From: Wickerhamiella versatilis
Lineage: Eukaryota
Reading direction: 5' to 3'
DNA length: 64,000 nt
Assembly (NCBI GenBank): GCA_030867685.1
Contig: JAQOWU010000008.1
Coordinates: 1,364,001-1,428,000, forward strand
Numbering within the stretch: position 1 is the stretch's first letter; each line of letters begins with the position of its first letter. The notes beneath the pieces are model-generated. The model had not been told where the DNA came from. It did no database searches and was given only the letters and a program-made list of their open reading frames with translations. Shown piece by piece: positions 21,725 through 32,223 of the stretch. The position numbers and the translations under genes are program-made.

Positions 21725-22381
21725 ATGTCAGATCTTCGGGTCGCGTTGTGGTTGCAACCACGACCAAACACACCGATCTACGAAGCGTTGTACCAAACAA
21801 TAGGCGGCTTGAGGCCCCTATTTGCGGATGGGCGCAAATTCGAACCCCATGTGACTATAGTTTCTGGTATTACGGCTAAAACTCAAAGTGACGTTGATAA
21901 TATTTTAGACAGAGCTTCGGCGGCCGCCAAGTCGGTCTCTGGGCTAGATGTCGTTGTATGTGGGCTTACATTTGGCTCTATGTTTTTCAGAAAAGTTGTT
22001 TTGGAAGTACAAGCACGACCGGAGATTGTTAGTCTTGCTGCTATATGTCGTGAGCAATTTGTCGTAATGCCTCGATTGATTGGCCAATCTAATAATTATC
22101 ATGCTCTTAGCGATTCCGAACAGTCCTCGATACAAACTGATGCTAGTAATGAAGCGGTTAGCTGGGTGGAAAATGACTACAAACCCCATATATCTTTGGT
22201 ATACTCTAATATATATCCTGTTACTGAGGATTTAAGGCGGACAGTTCATCAGCGCTTAAGTGACGTATTCGGGAATACCTATGCAACACGTGGCATCGGC
22301 TGGACCGGTGGACGGCTTGCACTAGTGTGGTGCGAGGGTGATGTTACTGATTGGAAGATATTGGGATATCGCGATTTATAG
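21725..22381 (+). CDS. CPD1: 2',3'-cyclic nucleotide phosphodiesterase (2H family)
   Basis: VALWLQP and two HxT/S motifs (FEPHVTI, YKPHISLVYS), ending CEGDVTDW. Confidence 0.85.
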   Translation: MSDLRVALWLQPRPNTPIYEALYQTIGGLRPLFADGRKFEPHVTIVSGITAKTQSDVDNILDRASAAAKSVSGLDVVVCGLTFGSMFFRKVVLEVQARPEIVSLAAICREQFVVMPRLIGQSNNYHALSDSEQSSIQTDASNEAVSWVENDYKPHISLVYSNIYPVTEDLRRTVHQRLSDVFGNTYATRGIGWTGGRLALVWCEGDVTDWKILGYRDL

Positions 22382-22450
22382 AGTTTTACCTACCTACACA
22401 GGATCTTAGATGTTTTAGAGGATTAAATTTGCTATTGAAAAGAAAAATTA

Positions 22451-24586
22451 TTATGTCCAAAGTCGGATGGTCCCATCAGCACCTGCACTGAAAAGCCAGG
22501 CCTCTCTAGGATGCCAAGCTAACTGCAGAACTCCCAGATGTTGGACTACTTTGTGGCCTTTTAGAACCTTCAATGGCACCAATAGAGGGTTTTTCATGAT
22601 ATCATCAAAAACGCTACAATGCAAAACGTTAATATGACCATCGTCTGCACCGGAACAGAAAAGAGGCAACCGTGGATGGAACGCAACATCTCTTACAGCA
22701 CGATCATGATATCGCAGCGTTTTGTATGGTCTTTCACTGAGTTCGAGATCGTGCCAAGTGACCCGCTTATCAAAAGATCCGACTATAACATTGTCACCCT
22801 GAGGATGTATACTAACAGATGAAATCCACCTAACACTTGGCTGCAATTTCTTGAGTAGTTTCTGCTGTACAAGATCATAGATGCGCACGTAACGCTGGCT
22901 CGCCACATATAGATGTGGCCTAAATGGATGGAACTTCGCAGTTTGAACCAAACCTTTGGCTTTCTTAAAAGGCAACTGGGTTAAATGCTTTGATACTTGA
23001 TGGATTAATACTGAAGAGTTCCCTGCCTCTGGTTGCGTGGTCACAAAGTAATCGCCGCGCATGTGCCAGTTAACGTGGCGCACACGTTTTGTACATCTTA
23101 CAATGACACCACAACCTGTTCGGGCCAGCCGAGGTCCAGGCTTCGTCCATTCTGCCTTGTTGAAGTCATGCTTCTGACCATATCCACGATCCATCAATTC
23201 AAACGCGCCATTTTCTGCTTCGGTATCGAATAAGCGTGGCGGCACGACAAGGAATACATTGTCTCCGGCACAGATGGCGAGCAACGGCAGAGTAGGGTGC
23301 CAGCTCAAGTCATCGATGCGATCTTCAGGATGAACCTGGGTTTCCTCCGAGTAGGTGTCTGACTCTAAGACGTCTAGTCGCCATAACTCACGTCCAGTAA
23401 GTGTTTCCCAAATGCGTACAGACCCATCTTCACCTCCACTCGCAAGGAATTCACCTGAGCTATGAGGTTCCAAACACCGCACACGGCCACTATGACCCAA
23501 AAATACTGACGAGCATCGCGTGGGAAAAGGTTTGAGATCTTCCGGGGATGGCAAGTCTGGTATGAGACTGTCAGGATCGATTTGCAGTTTATTATAACGC
23601 TGCCTAGGTGCCAAGTAGAGATCAAGCATACGATCAAACCGCTCCCGAATGCCATTGACATAACCAGGAACTTTCCGCAATGCACCATACTTCTCGGGCA
23701 TGAAATTGGTCTCCCTTTCTTGGGGCTCAGTTTCTTGCCATTTTTTCTTCTCCTCTTCCGTCATAAGATATTCCTCTGGTGGGTTGTAAGACTCTTCATG
23801 GGTCGGAGGAGGCATCTTGGGTGCTGGAATATGCATTCGGTCTTCTGAGGTTGCATTTTCATCAGCCCAAACATCATACAATCTACTGCTTAGATTTTCC
23901 TGTTTTTGAGATTTCTTATTGCCTGGCACAAGCTTTCCATCTCTTATGAGTCTCACAAGCTTAGCGATAGTTTTAGCCTCGTGTTTACTTGACACAAATC
24001 TCCTCTTCGGTTCAGGGGTAGCTCTTAGAGGTGTCACTTCGGGGGAATGATTCGTGAACCACTCTAGCTGGTCTTCATAAGGATTAATATCATCACGTGG
24101 AAGCATTCCTGATTGTACTCGGTCTACAAGAGCCTGCTCTTCCGAGCTTAGGACAAGTTGCCCTCCTGTTTCCTTATCAACCAGACCAGTCCACCCTTTT
24201 GGCATCTCTACGGTCTCCAGAAGGGCATCTATTGCACTATGCGTAGCTGGACGCATGATCCTCTTGCCATCTATATCATAGCCAATGTGTGGTGTTGTCT
24301 CATATGCTGATAATGGTATGTTACCAACTGTGTTTGATTCTTCATTATCGCTATCATCCGAACTATAGTGAGGATCGATTGGAGGCTTCAGCTTCCGAGC
24401 TTTCCCATCAGCTCCCTCCACAAGAGAGCCAGAGCTGTCTGAGGTATAAAAATCATCGACCTCAGGTTCAGAGAGCGCCTCGATCTCTGAAGAATCCATT
24501 CCTTTTAAGCTGGAATCATCGCTCTCCGAGTCAACTTGAAGCGGCGGTACTTCTTCCTCCTCTGCTGCCTCGAACTGCCGTTTCAT
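22451..24586 (-). CDS. ERB1: Ribosome biogenesis protein Erb1/BOP1
   Basis: NTVGNIPLSAY...HIGYDIDGKRIMRP, HEESYNPPEEYL, ERFDRMLDLYLAPR and C-terminal WD40 repeats. Confidence 0.97.
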   Translation of the reverse strand: MKRQFEAAEEEEVPPLQVDSESDDSSLKGMDSSEIEALSEPEVDDFYTSDSSGSLVEGADGKARKLKPPIDPHYSSDDSDNEESNTVGNIPLSAYETTPHIGYDIDGKRIMRPATHSAIDALLETVEMPKGWTGLVDKETGGQLVLSSEEQALVDRVQSGMLPRDDINPYEDQLEWFTNHSPEVTPLRATPEPKRRFVSSKHEAKTIAKLVRLIRDGKLVPGNKKSQKQENLSSRLYDVWADENATSEDRMHIPAPKMPPPTHEESYNPPEEYLMTEEEKKKWQETEPQERETNFMPEKYGALRKVPGYVNGIRERFDRMLDLYLAPRQRYNKLQIDPDSLIPDLPSPEDLKPFPTRCSSVFLGHSGRVRCLEPHSSGEFLASGGEDGSVRIWETLTGRELWRLDVLESDTYSEETQVHPEDRIDDLSWHPTLPLLAICAGDNVFLVVPPRLFDTEAENGAFELMDRGYGQKHDFNKAEWTKPGPRLARTGCGVIVRCTKRVRHVNWHMRGDYFVTTQPEAGNSSVLIHQVSKHLTQLPFKKAKGLVQTAKFHPFRPHLYVASQRYVRIYDLVQQKLLKKLQPSVRWISSVSIHPQGDNVIVGSFDKRVTWHDLELSERPYKTLRYHDRAVRDVAFHPRLPLFCSGADDGHINVLHCSVFDDIMKNPLLVPLKVLKGHKVVQHLGVLQLAWHPREAWLFSAGADGTIRLWT

Positions 24587-24982
24587 GTCCTTTCAGGAAA
24601 ACCAAAAAAAATTTTAGTAAGCGCTTTATAGTCACTACTCGAGCTTGGCTCTCTAGTAATAGTTTGAAAGGATTAATTATTATCGAAAGTATGTAAAGCA
24701 AATCATATGCGATAGCATCACTGCTTAAGGCTTGGTGCCAATAAGCTTTTTCGTCTCTAGCTCATACATGCAAATATAAGCTAATATCGAGAATCGAAAA
24801 AGAATTTAGCTTGTCCTGCTTACTTTCTGAACATTTAGATTGCTTTCCATATTTTGAACAGACCACTAATTACATTTTGACCCCGTCTACTGCGAATGCC
24901 GGTGCTTCACCCTAGCCCTGAAAGGCGGTCCTTCCTGACCACTTATATAACAGTATTTCCTACGCACTATAGACCACAAGAG

Positions 24983-27979
24983 ATGTTGCGCGCATTGGGC
25001 CGTGGAAAGCCCCTAGTTCGATGCTCGCTGGTCAGACAGGCACAAAATAGAATTGGAAGTCGGTTTGCGACCACTGATGCTGACAGCTTTGCTCAAGCTA
25101 CAAATGCCGGCTACATCGATGAGATGTATGACGCCTGGAGAGAGGACCCTAACAGTGTTCACGCGTCTTGGCGTGCATATTTTAACAATCTTGAAAAAGG
25201 ACAACCTAGCGCACGTGCTTTTCAATCCCCTCCAAACTTGACACTTGGAGCTGTGGATAACGTTCCTAAAGCTGGAGAAGGTAGTGTTGAAGTGCTTGAC
25301 CATCTCAAAGCACAAATGCTTGTACGAGCTTACCAGGTCAGAGGACACTTTAGAGCTAAGGTTGATCCCCTTCATCGAGAGCTTGGCTACAACACGAGTC
25401 TCAACACCCCCAAAGAATTTACTTTAGAGTACTACCATTGGTCCGAGAAAGATCTCGACCGTACCATAAATCTTGGACCGGGTATCTTGCCTGGCTTCGA
25501 GGTTAATGGTAAAGTGTCTCTAACTTTGCGTGAGCTTATTGAGGCATTAGAACATACCTACTGTTCTACATATGGCGTGCAATATATGCATATTCCAAAT
25601 CGCGATGCTTGCGACTGGATTCGCTCTAAGGTGGAAATCCCAGTACCATATGACTTCACTAAGGATGAAAAACGTAGAATTCTGGACCGATTCATGTGGG
25701 CAACGATATTTGAGCAATTCTTATCCACCAAGTTCCCAAATGACAAGCGCTTCGGGCTTGAGGGTGGTGAATCGATGGTTCCAGGTATGAAGGAGCTTAT
25801 TGATGTTGCTGTTGATAGTGGTACCGAATACATTGTTGCAGGCATGCCGCACCGCGGGCGTTTGAACGTTCTATCGAATGTGGTACGGAAACCACATGAG
25901 GAAATCTTCCATGAGTTCCATGGGTCAGCTACAGTTGATGAAGGCTCTGGTGACGTTAAGTATCATTTGGGTTCAAATTATCAGCGACCCACCACCGGAG
26001 GCAAGAAAGTAACTCTCTCTCTGGTAGCTAACCCTTCACATCTTGAAGCCGAGGATCCTGTCGTTCTTGGTCAGGCCCGTGCAGTCCAAGACTCACACAA
26101 GGATACAACTCGCGATAAGGCAATGGGTATCTTGATACATGGTGATGCGGCTGTGGCAGCACAGGGTGTTGTATACGAGACTATGGGAACACATCTCTTG
26201 AAGAATTATACAACTGGTGGTACTGTTCATGTTATAGTGAACAACCAAATTGGATTCACCACCGACCCACGGGCTGGTAGATCTACACCCTATCCTTCAG
26301 ATTTTGCTAAGTCTATGGATGTTCCCGTATTCCACGTAAATGCGGATGATATAGAAGCAGTTGTGTGGATCTTCAGGATTGCGGCAGAATGGAGAGCGAA
26401 ATTCAAGCGTGATGTTGTTATAGACCTATTCTGCTATAGGAAGTACGGTCACAATGAAACTGATCAGCCAGCATTTACCCAGCCTATGATGTATGACGTC
26501 ATCGCCAATAAGAAGCCTGCCCTTGAAGACTACTGTAAGAAACTGGTCGCGGAGGGCACTTTTACTGAGCAAGAAATTAAGGAGCATCGGGATTGGATAT
26601 GGGAAACACTTGAGACTTCATTTGAAAAGTCAAAGACTCAACCTCCAGCTCGTGAAGAGCAATGGGTCGGTGCTCCTTGGAAGGATTTCAAGACTTCCAA
26701 AGAATTGTCAGAAGAAGTTCTCCCCCACGAGCCTACTTTCATTTCCGAAGATACATTCAAGGAGGTCGGTAATGCAATCTCTAGTTGGCCGGAGGGATTT
26801 AACGTACACCGCAATTTGCAACGTATCTTGAAAAACCGAGGTAAGGCCATCGACTCAGGCGAAGGAGTCGACTGGTCGACCGGTGAGGCGCTTGCATTCG
26901 GTTCACTATTGAAGGAAGGTTTCAATGTTCGCGTTTCGGGTGAAGACGTGGAGCGAGGTACCTTTTCTCAACGTCACGCGGTTTTGCATGACCAAAAGGA
27001 TGGAAATCTCTTTGTACCTTTGAAGACTGTGGCACCCGATCCCGACAATGTGACTGTAACCAACAGTCATCTTAGTGAATACGGTGTCCTTGGCTATGAG
27101 TATGGTTACTCGCTTTTTGATCCTCGCAACCTGGTTATGTGGGAAGCACAGTTCGGTGATTTCGCCAATACTGCTCAAGTCATTATTGATCAGTTTATCG
27201 CTGCTGGTGAGAGCAAATGGCTTCAGCGCTCTGGAATCGTCTTAAGTCTTCCGCACGGTTATGATGGACAGGGTCCTGAGCATTCTTCTGCCCGTATTGA
27301 GCGCTATTTGCTGTTAGGAAACGAGGATTCTCGTTATTTCCCTACTCCCGAGCAGCTTGAGCGTCAACATCAGGATGCAAATATGGCTATTGCCTATCCG
27401 TCGACACCAGCCAACTTGTTCCATCTTCTCAGAAGGCAAATGCATCGACAGTTCCGTAAACCTTTGATCCTTTTCTTCTCGAAGTCTTTGTTGCGTCATC
27501 CTTTGGCCCGCTCCACCATGGAAGAGTTCACAAGCCCTGAATCTGGGTTTGAATGGGTTATGGAGGATAGAGAACTAGGCAAGTCGATTAACGACCGTGA
27601 AGGAATCCGTCGTCTTGTGATCTGTACTGGTCAAGTTTATACCACGCTTTACAAGGCTCGTGCCCAAAATGAACTGAAGGATGTAGCCTTTATGAAGATT
27701 GAGCAGTTGCATCCGTTCCCGTTCGATCAATTGAGGACTATGATCAACACCTATCCATCTCTGGAAGACATTGTCTGGTGCCAGGAGGAACCACTCAATG
27801 CGGGGGCTTGGTCTTACGTGCAACCAAGGCTGCAAGTTACGTTGGATAACACTGAGAACTACCGTGGCATGCAACCACGTTATGCCGGCCGAGAGCCGTC
27901 TGCTTCTGTAGCTGCAGGCACAAAGTCGCGACACTTAGAAGAAGAGGAATCATTTGTCGTTGATGCTCTCCAACTTTAG
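24983..27979 (+). CDS. KGD1: 2-oxoglutarate dehydrogenase E1
   Basis: KRFGLEGGE, GMPHRGRLN, GDVKYHLG, HGDAA and LPHGYDGQGPEHSS. Arg-rich presequence from ATG 24983; an upstream in-frame ATG at 24896 also exists. Confidence 0.97.
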   Translation: MLRALGRGKPLVRCSLVRQAQNRIGSRFATTDADSFAQATNAGYIDEMYDAWREDPNSVHASWRAYFNNLEKGQPSARAFQSPPNLTLGAVDNVPKAGEGSVEVLDHLKAQMLVRAYQVRGHFRAKVDPLHRELGYNTSLNTPKEFTLEYYHWSEKDLDRTINLGPGILPGFEVNGKVSLTLRELIEALEHTYCSTYGVQYMHIPNRDACDWIRSKVEIPVPYDFTKDEKRRILDRFMWATIFEQFLSTKFPNDKRFGLEGGESMVPGMKELIDVAVDSGTEYIVAGMPHRGRLNVLSNVVRKPHEEIFHEFHGSATVDEGSGDVKYHLGSNYQRPTTGGKKVTLSLVANPSHLEAEDPVVLGQARAVQDSHKDTTRDKAMGILIHGDAAVAAQGVVYETMGTHLLKNYTTGGTVHVIVNNQIGFTTDPRAGRSTPYPSDFAKSMDVPVFHVNADDIEAVVWIFRIAAEWRAKFKRDVVIDLFCYRKYGHNETDQPAFTQPMMYDVIANKKPALEDYCKKLVAEGTFTEQEIKEHRDWIWETLETSFEKSKTQPPAREEQWVGAPWKDFKTSKELSEEVLPHEPTFISEDTFKEVGNAISSWPEGFNVHRNLQRILKNRGKAIDSGEGVDWSTGEALAFGSLLKEGFNVRVSGEDVERGTFSQRHAVLHDQKDGNLFVPLKTVAPDPDNVTVTNSHLSEYGVLGYEYGYSLFDPRNLVMWEAQFGDFANTAQVIIDQFIAAGESKWLQRSGIVLSLPHGYDGQGPEHSSARIERYLLLGNEDSRYFPTPEQLERQHQDANMAIAYPSTPANLFHLLRRQMHRQFRKPLILFFSKSLLRHPLARSTMEEFTSPESGFEWVMEDRELGKSINDREGIRRLVICTGQVYTTLYKARAQNELKDVAFMKIEQLHPFPFDQLRTMINTYPSLEDIVWCQEEPLNAGAWSYVQPRLQVTLDNTENYRGMQPRYAGREPSASVAAGTKSRHLEEEESFVVDALQL

Positions 27980-28618
27980 GCACGTTTGAGGTTTATATAA
28001 TTTAAATCATTTAGAGTAGATGACCTAAATCCAATAGAAATAGAAGTATTTCATGAGCGTCTTTGCTTCAAGCCAGAACTCACATTGATACTCGGTCACG
28101 ATGACATATCGCTTCAACTACTTTGTCATCCTCTCATGGTAGTTGAACGTATTCTAAAGCCAATAATAAACTTAATTGATCCAGATTCTCTATAATTCAA
28201 ACACATTTCAACGATAATAGTACTCGAGCTGACCCTTTGGTCATTAAATAATTCAATCTGGATTTACGATAATGATTACCACGACCTAAACCAGAAATCA
28301 ATCTCGTTGTATAATGAGTCAGAAAAATATGAAGAGTTGTGCGAGACAGAACAAGAAAAGCAATTGCCAGCAAAAAGGGTTATGACAGCCTATTGAATAG
28401 AAATTAAATCCACTTTATTACTGGTTCATTATTGAAGCTAATTATTCTAGTCCCTTCAACGTAACACGACTCTAATAGATGTATCCTAGCAAAAGATAGG
28501 ATAGGAGAAGTGTTGTATAGTACTACTGAGCTTTTCATGGCAGCTACTAGACAGTGCCCCTAAGCTTAGCATCTCACAACATATTATATCAAAATAGCAT
28601 TACTAATCATAAAATTTC

Positions 28619-29602
28619 ATGCTTCCCATCGTCATCAAGGGACACGAACGCCCCTTAACGCAGCTTAAGTATAATAGGGAAGGCGATTTATTGATATCCA
28701 CTGCCCGTGATAAGACAGTGAGTGTATGGTTCAGCGATGATGGAGAACGGTTGGGTACTCTAGGTCCTCATGAGGGTGCTGTGATGAGTGTTGATGTTGA
28801 TCAAGCCACGAGATTCGCAATAACTGGTGCGTCTGATCGTGCTCTTCGTGTATGGAGCTTGAACGGTGGACAGGAGCTCTTTCGTATAGACTATCAGAGC
28901 ACTCCCAGGTTTGTTGAGCTGAGCCCGGATAACAAGCGGCTTCTTGTCATTGTAGATGAGCAGATGAAGCAGATTGGCCAAGTCATTATTTATGATGTTG
29001 ATTTCGAAGGATCTGAGATAAAGCTTTCTGAGGTCTCGAGGTATACACGTGAAAAATCACCATTCATACAAGCTTCCTGGACATACGACGGTAACCGCAT
29101 TATTGCTGCGCATCGCGATGGAAGTGTATCGCGTATAAATTGTCAGACTGGTGAAGTGGAAGCAAACTATCCTGTTCACAAAATGACAGCCACTGATTTG
29201 CAAATGAGTCCAGACCGAACGTATTTTGTTACTTCATCTCGTGATAGCACTGCGTGCCTTAGTTATGTCGATGGCGACTTGGCCCCACAGAAAACATACA
29301 AAGGTGATGTTCCGTTAAACTCCGCTGCCATTACACCAGTAAAAGATATCGTCATCGCAGGTGGTGGTATTGATGCGCGAGAAGTAACAAGATCCAGTGA
29401 TGGTCGTTTTGAGTCACATTTCTTCCACAAGATTTACATGGATGACTTGGGAAGACTTGGAGGTCACTTTGGACCAATCAATACAATCTCAGTGCATCCT
29501 TTCGGCACATCCTATGCTTCTGGAAGTGAAGATGGCTATGTTCGAATTCACCACTTTGACAAAAACTATTTTGAATTTGGTTACGGAATGAACAACAAGT
29601 AG
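28619..29602 (+). CDS. TIF34: Translation initiation factor eIF3 subunit i
   Basis: GHERPLTQLKYNREGDLL, GHFGPINT and SGSEDGYVRIHHFD. Confidence 0.96.
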   Translation: MLPIVIKGHERPLTQLKYNREGDLLISTARDKTVSVWFSDDGERLGTLGPHEGAVMSVDVDQATRFAITGASDRALRVWSLNGGQELFRIDYQSTPRFVELSPDNKRLLVIVDEQMKQIGQVIIYDVDFEGSEIKLSEVSRYTREKSPFIQASWTYDGNRIIAAHRDGSVSRINCQTGEVEANYPVHKMTATDLQMSPDRTYFVTSSRDSTACLSYVDGDLAPQKTYKGDVPLNSAAITPVKDIVIAGGGIDAREVTRSSDGRFESHFFHKIYMDDLGRLGGHFGPINTISVHPFGTSYASGSEDGYVRIHHFDKNYFEFGYGMNNK

Positions 29603-29818
29603 GTCTTGATAGTCTTTATAGTACATAAAAGATATCCAATCGTAGAGATATGAGTATTTGGAAAACATCCGGTAGTAAGCCCGGAAAACTTGTGTGTTAA
29701 TAGCATATCAGTGCCAGAAATGGCGCTACCCTTCTTCCTTGTCGGCACAGTTGTGTACATAAGGACGGGTCAGCACGATTTCGAAGACTTTCATAATAAT
29801 GAAGTGTAAAAAAGCTAC

Positions 29819-30265
29819 TTAGGTGATCGTTCGGTCGAGTTTAGCGGGATAGGGGGCCTCGTGAACTAATGGATTTCTCCTATAAGGGTCGTGGTCAGGC
29901 GTCTTGGGAGCTGGCCTAGGCTCACTAGGCAAAGGCCTGCTGCTAAAATGTAGCATAGAGACTCGTTTATGCGCTCTTTTTCGTTGGATATCTATGTCTT
30001 CATTGTGATGATTTCGGTGATAACAATATTTTCTCGAGACGCAAATAATAACTAGAAGTAATATTGCGAGACCGCATCCAGCTCCTAGAAGCCCACCCAA
30101 GATCTTTTTCGTCTCAAGATTCTTAGTTCCTTGAGAACCATTTGTAGCATGCTTCATTCTATGGTCGCAAAAAAAATTATAGGGGAGACGGGGTACAGCT
30201 CGATCTTGCGTCAACCCAATGCCTGCATTGACAATTGACCCAAAACCTGAAACATATTGCAGCAT
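29819..30265 (-). CDS. Small single-pass membrane protein, unknown function (start could be ATG 30157)
   Basis: TM ILGGLLGAGCGLAILLLVIICVS followed by a basic stretch and a Pro-rich tail. Confidence 0.5.
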   Translation of the reverse strand: MLQYVSGFGSIVNAGIGLTQDRAVPRLPYNFFCDHRMKHATNGSQGTKNLETKKILGGLLGAGCGLAILLLVIICVSRKYCYHRNHHNEDIDIQRKRAHKRVSMLHFSSRPLPSEPRPAPKTPDHDPYRRNPLVHEAPYPAKLDRTIT

Positions 30266-30271
30266 ATATTT

Positions 30272-31150
30272 TTAGTCGATATACACACTGGAACTTGGTC
30301 TTTCCGTATAGCTATCGTAGATATCAAGTACTGTCTGGCTTTCACCAGTGGGAGCAGAACTCGCTACTTCGAAATGTTGTGGGGAACCATTGTATTTTAA
30401 GTCGTGAGCCCGATCGTTCTCCGAGCTGGTATATTGCGCTCCTTCGAACGGTGATTGTCCTAGTTCTTCGTTTGAATTAGCAATATCTGTTCCAATTGAA
30501 TATCCACCAGCTCTGCTAGATGATGGTATATCGTTAGTATATGCACTGCGAAACGTGTTCAAGGTCAACCTGACCTGTGAGCTCGGGCTTCTGGGTTTAG
30601 AAGGAGGGGAACGATTTAATTTCTCCTCATATCTTGGACTGTGTGACGGCAAAGCAGGACTTTGCGGAATCTTAGGCGCTCTTCGAGGTGAGCTAGGTAC
30701 TGGCCGTGGTCTATAATATATTGGCGAAACAGGTTCGACTTGCGTTTTCGAATCATTTACCCTTTGACTCCTTTCAAGATTTAAATTAGACATTTCAGCT
30801 TCGTCTTGGTTATTAGTAGGAACATTTGCTTTCTTATTTGTATGTGACTGGCGTTTCTGACGATTAGCACGTGACAAAAGACAAAAGATAAGAATGGATA
30901 TAAGAGCTAAGCCTAAAACACCGCCCACGATACAGCCAACAATTATTCGCCATGGAATACTCGAAGCGGGTCGCTCAATAATATTTTTTTCTTTGAAATT
31001 TGAAATGAGAAATTTTGGTGAAGACTTGAGAGGGCGGCAAAAGGTAGTAGCGCATTCATCGCATGTTTGAATACTTATGGCACATTCTGTTCCTTGAGGG
31101 CATTTGGTACATTGTGGTATAAAGTTCGGGCATTGTGCACAAGGCCTCAT
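30272..31150 (-). CDS. OPY2: Opy2-like membrane anchor (HOG/filamentation signalling)
   Basis: N-terminal 8-Cys domain CAQC...C..C...EC....QTCDECATTFC, a single TM and a Ser/Pro-rich cytosolic tail. Confidence 0.75.
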   Translation of the reverse strand: MRPCAQCPNFIPQCTKCPQGTECAISIQTCDECATTFCRPLKSSPKFLISNFKEKNIIERPASSIPWRIIVGCIVGGVLGLALISILIFCLLSRANRQKRQSHTNKKANVPTNNQDEAEMSNLNLERSQRVNDSKTQVEPVSPIYYRPRPVPSSPRRAPKIPQSPALPSHSPRYEEKLNRSPPSKPRSPSSQVRLTLNTFRSAYTNDIPSSSRAGGYSIGTDIANSNEELGQSPFEGAQYTSSENDRAHDLKYNGSPQHFEVASSAPTGESQTVLDIYDSYTERPSSSVYID

Positions 31151-31573
31151 CTATGAAGCTAGCCGGGCAGCTCTCAAAATGTCCGTGAGATAACAATAAA
31201 TTGTTTTGGGTAATTCAATAACTATTTCATGGCCATCTAGAAATCTACAGTTACCGAACTTGGAAATTGCTGACCGAAGGTGCTACGATCGAAAAAGGCA
31301 CCAAGTGCTTGCTTTTTTTCTCATAGTTATGTTCATCCATATTCTCTTCTCTACCACTGTATTATATGAATTCCCAGGCGAGATAAGTTGAATTTCTCGA
31401 AACGGACAATTTATTACGATTGTCTTAACTTACTCTTGCGTCTTGCGATTAAAAGTCTCGTCATATCACATTGTCCATATATATATATATTTATTTATAT
31501 TTATATACAATCAAGGATGCACTGCCAGCCGGAAATAAAATATCATAAAATCATTATATCTGAGATTGAATTC

Positions 31574-31870
31574 TTAAAAACTCGACGGTCCACCGGAGTA
31601 CGCTGCAAGCAGTCCAAGACGGTCGTATTTCGAATTACTTCGCGGTCTTCTTGAGAATGAAGTAGAGGACTTTGGTGGGGACAATCCTGCTCTACTTATA
31701 TTGAGTGCTTCATCATGTGAGAGTGAAGATGAGTCTTTACGTGTGCGAGATCCCGACGCTATCTCGAGGGAGCCTTGATGGCCCAGGTTCGAGTATGAGC
31801 CCATTTCGTACTGATCAATAGCACTCGAGGTTTGAATAGGAACTGGGGCAGTTTCTTTGGACTCAGCCAT
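31574..31870 (-). CDS. Small Ser-rich hypothetical protein
   Basis: 98-codon ATG ORF with higher GC than its AT-rich flanks. No recognisable domain. Confidence 0.4.
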   Translation of the reverse strand: MAESKETAPVPIQTSSAIDQYEMGSYSNLGHQGSLEIASGSRTRKDSSSLSHDEALNISRAGLSPPKSSTSFSRRPRSNSKYDRLGLLAAYSGGPSSF

Positions 31871-32223
31871 CAACAATAGGTTGCTTGATAGAGATCGGCG
31901 CTTATTAATAGTTGGTCTATATAGCCGAAGCGGGGTTTCGTGGGGGGCGCAATTAAGGTGTTTTTATGAAAACTTAGACTTCTAGAATTAGAATTTCAGT
32001 AATTTTTTTTTGTTTCCAGAATTGCTTTATTAAAATAATTTTTTTCAGTGGTATTAACTAACCTCGATGATGAGCCACATTTTTGATTGCTGCATGGCTG
32101 CCGATGGATAGCAGCCTGAGAAAAAGACCTAAGATCTTTTTGAATTAAAAAAATATAAATAAATGTTACGTGGTAAATTATTGTTCGTTGAGACATTAAA
32201 ATTCAGAACCGCTCACTAGGGAG

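Noticed and set aside
28113-28147. 9-bp inverted repeat TTCAACTAC/GTAGTTGAA in the KGD1-TIF34 spacer
   Set aside because: A single short stem with no snoRNA boxes or other support, and plausible by chance.
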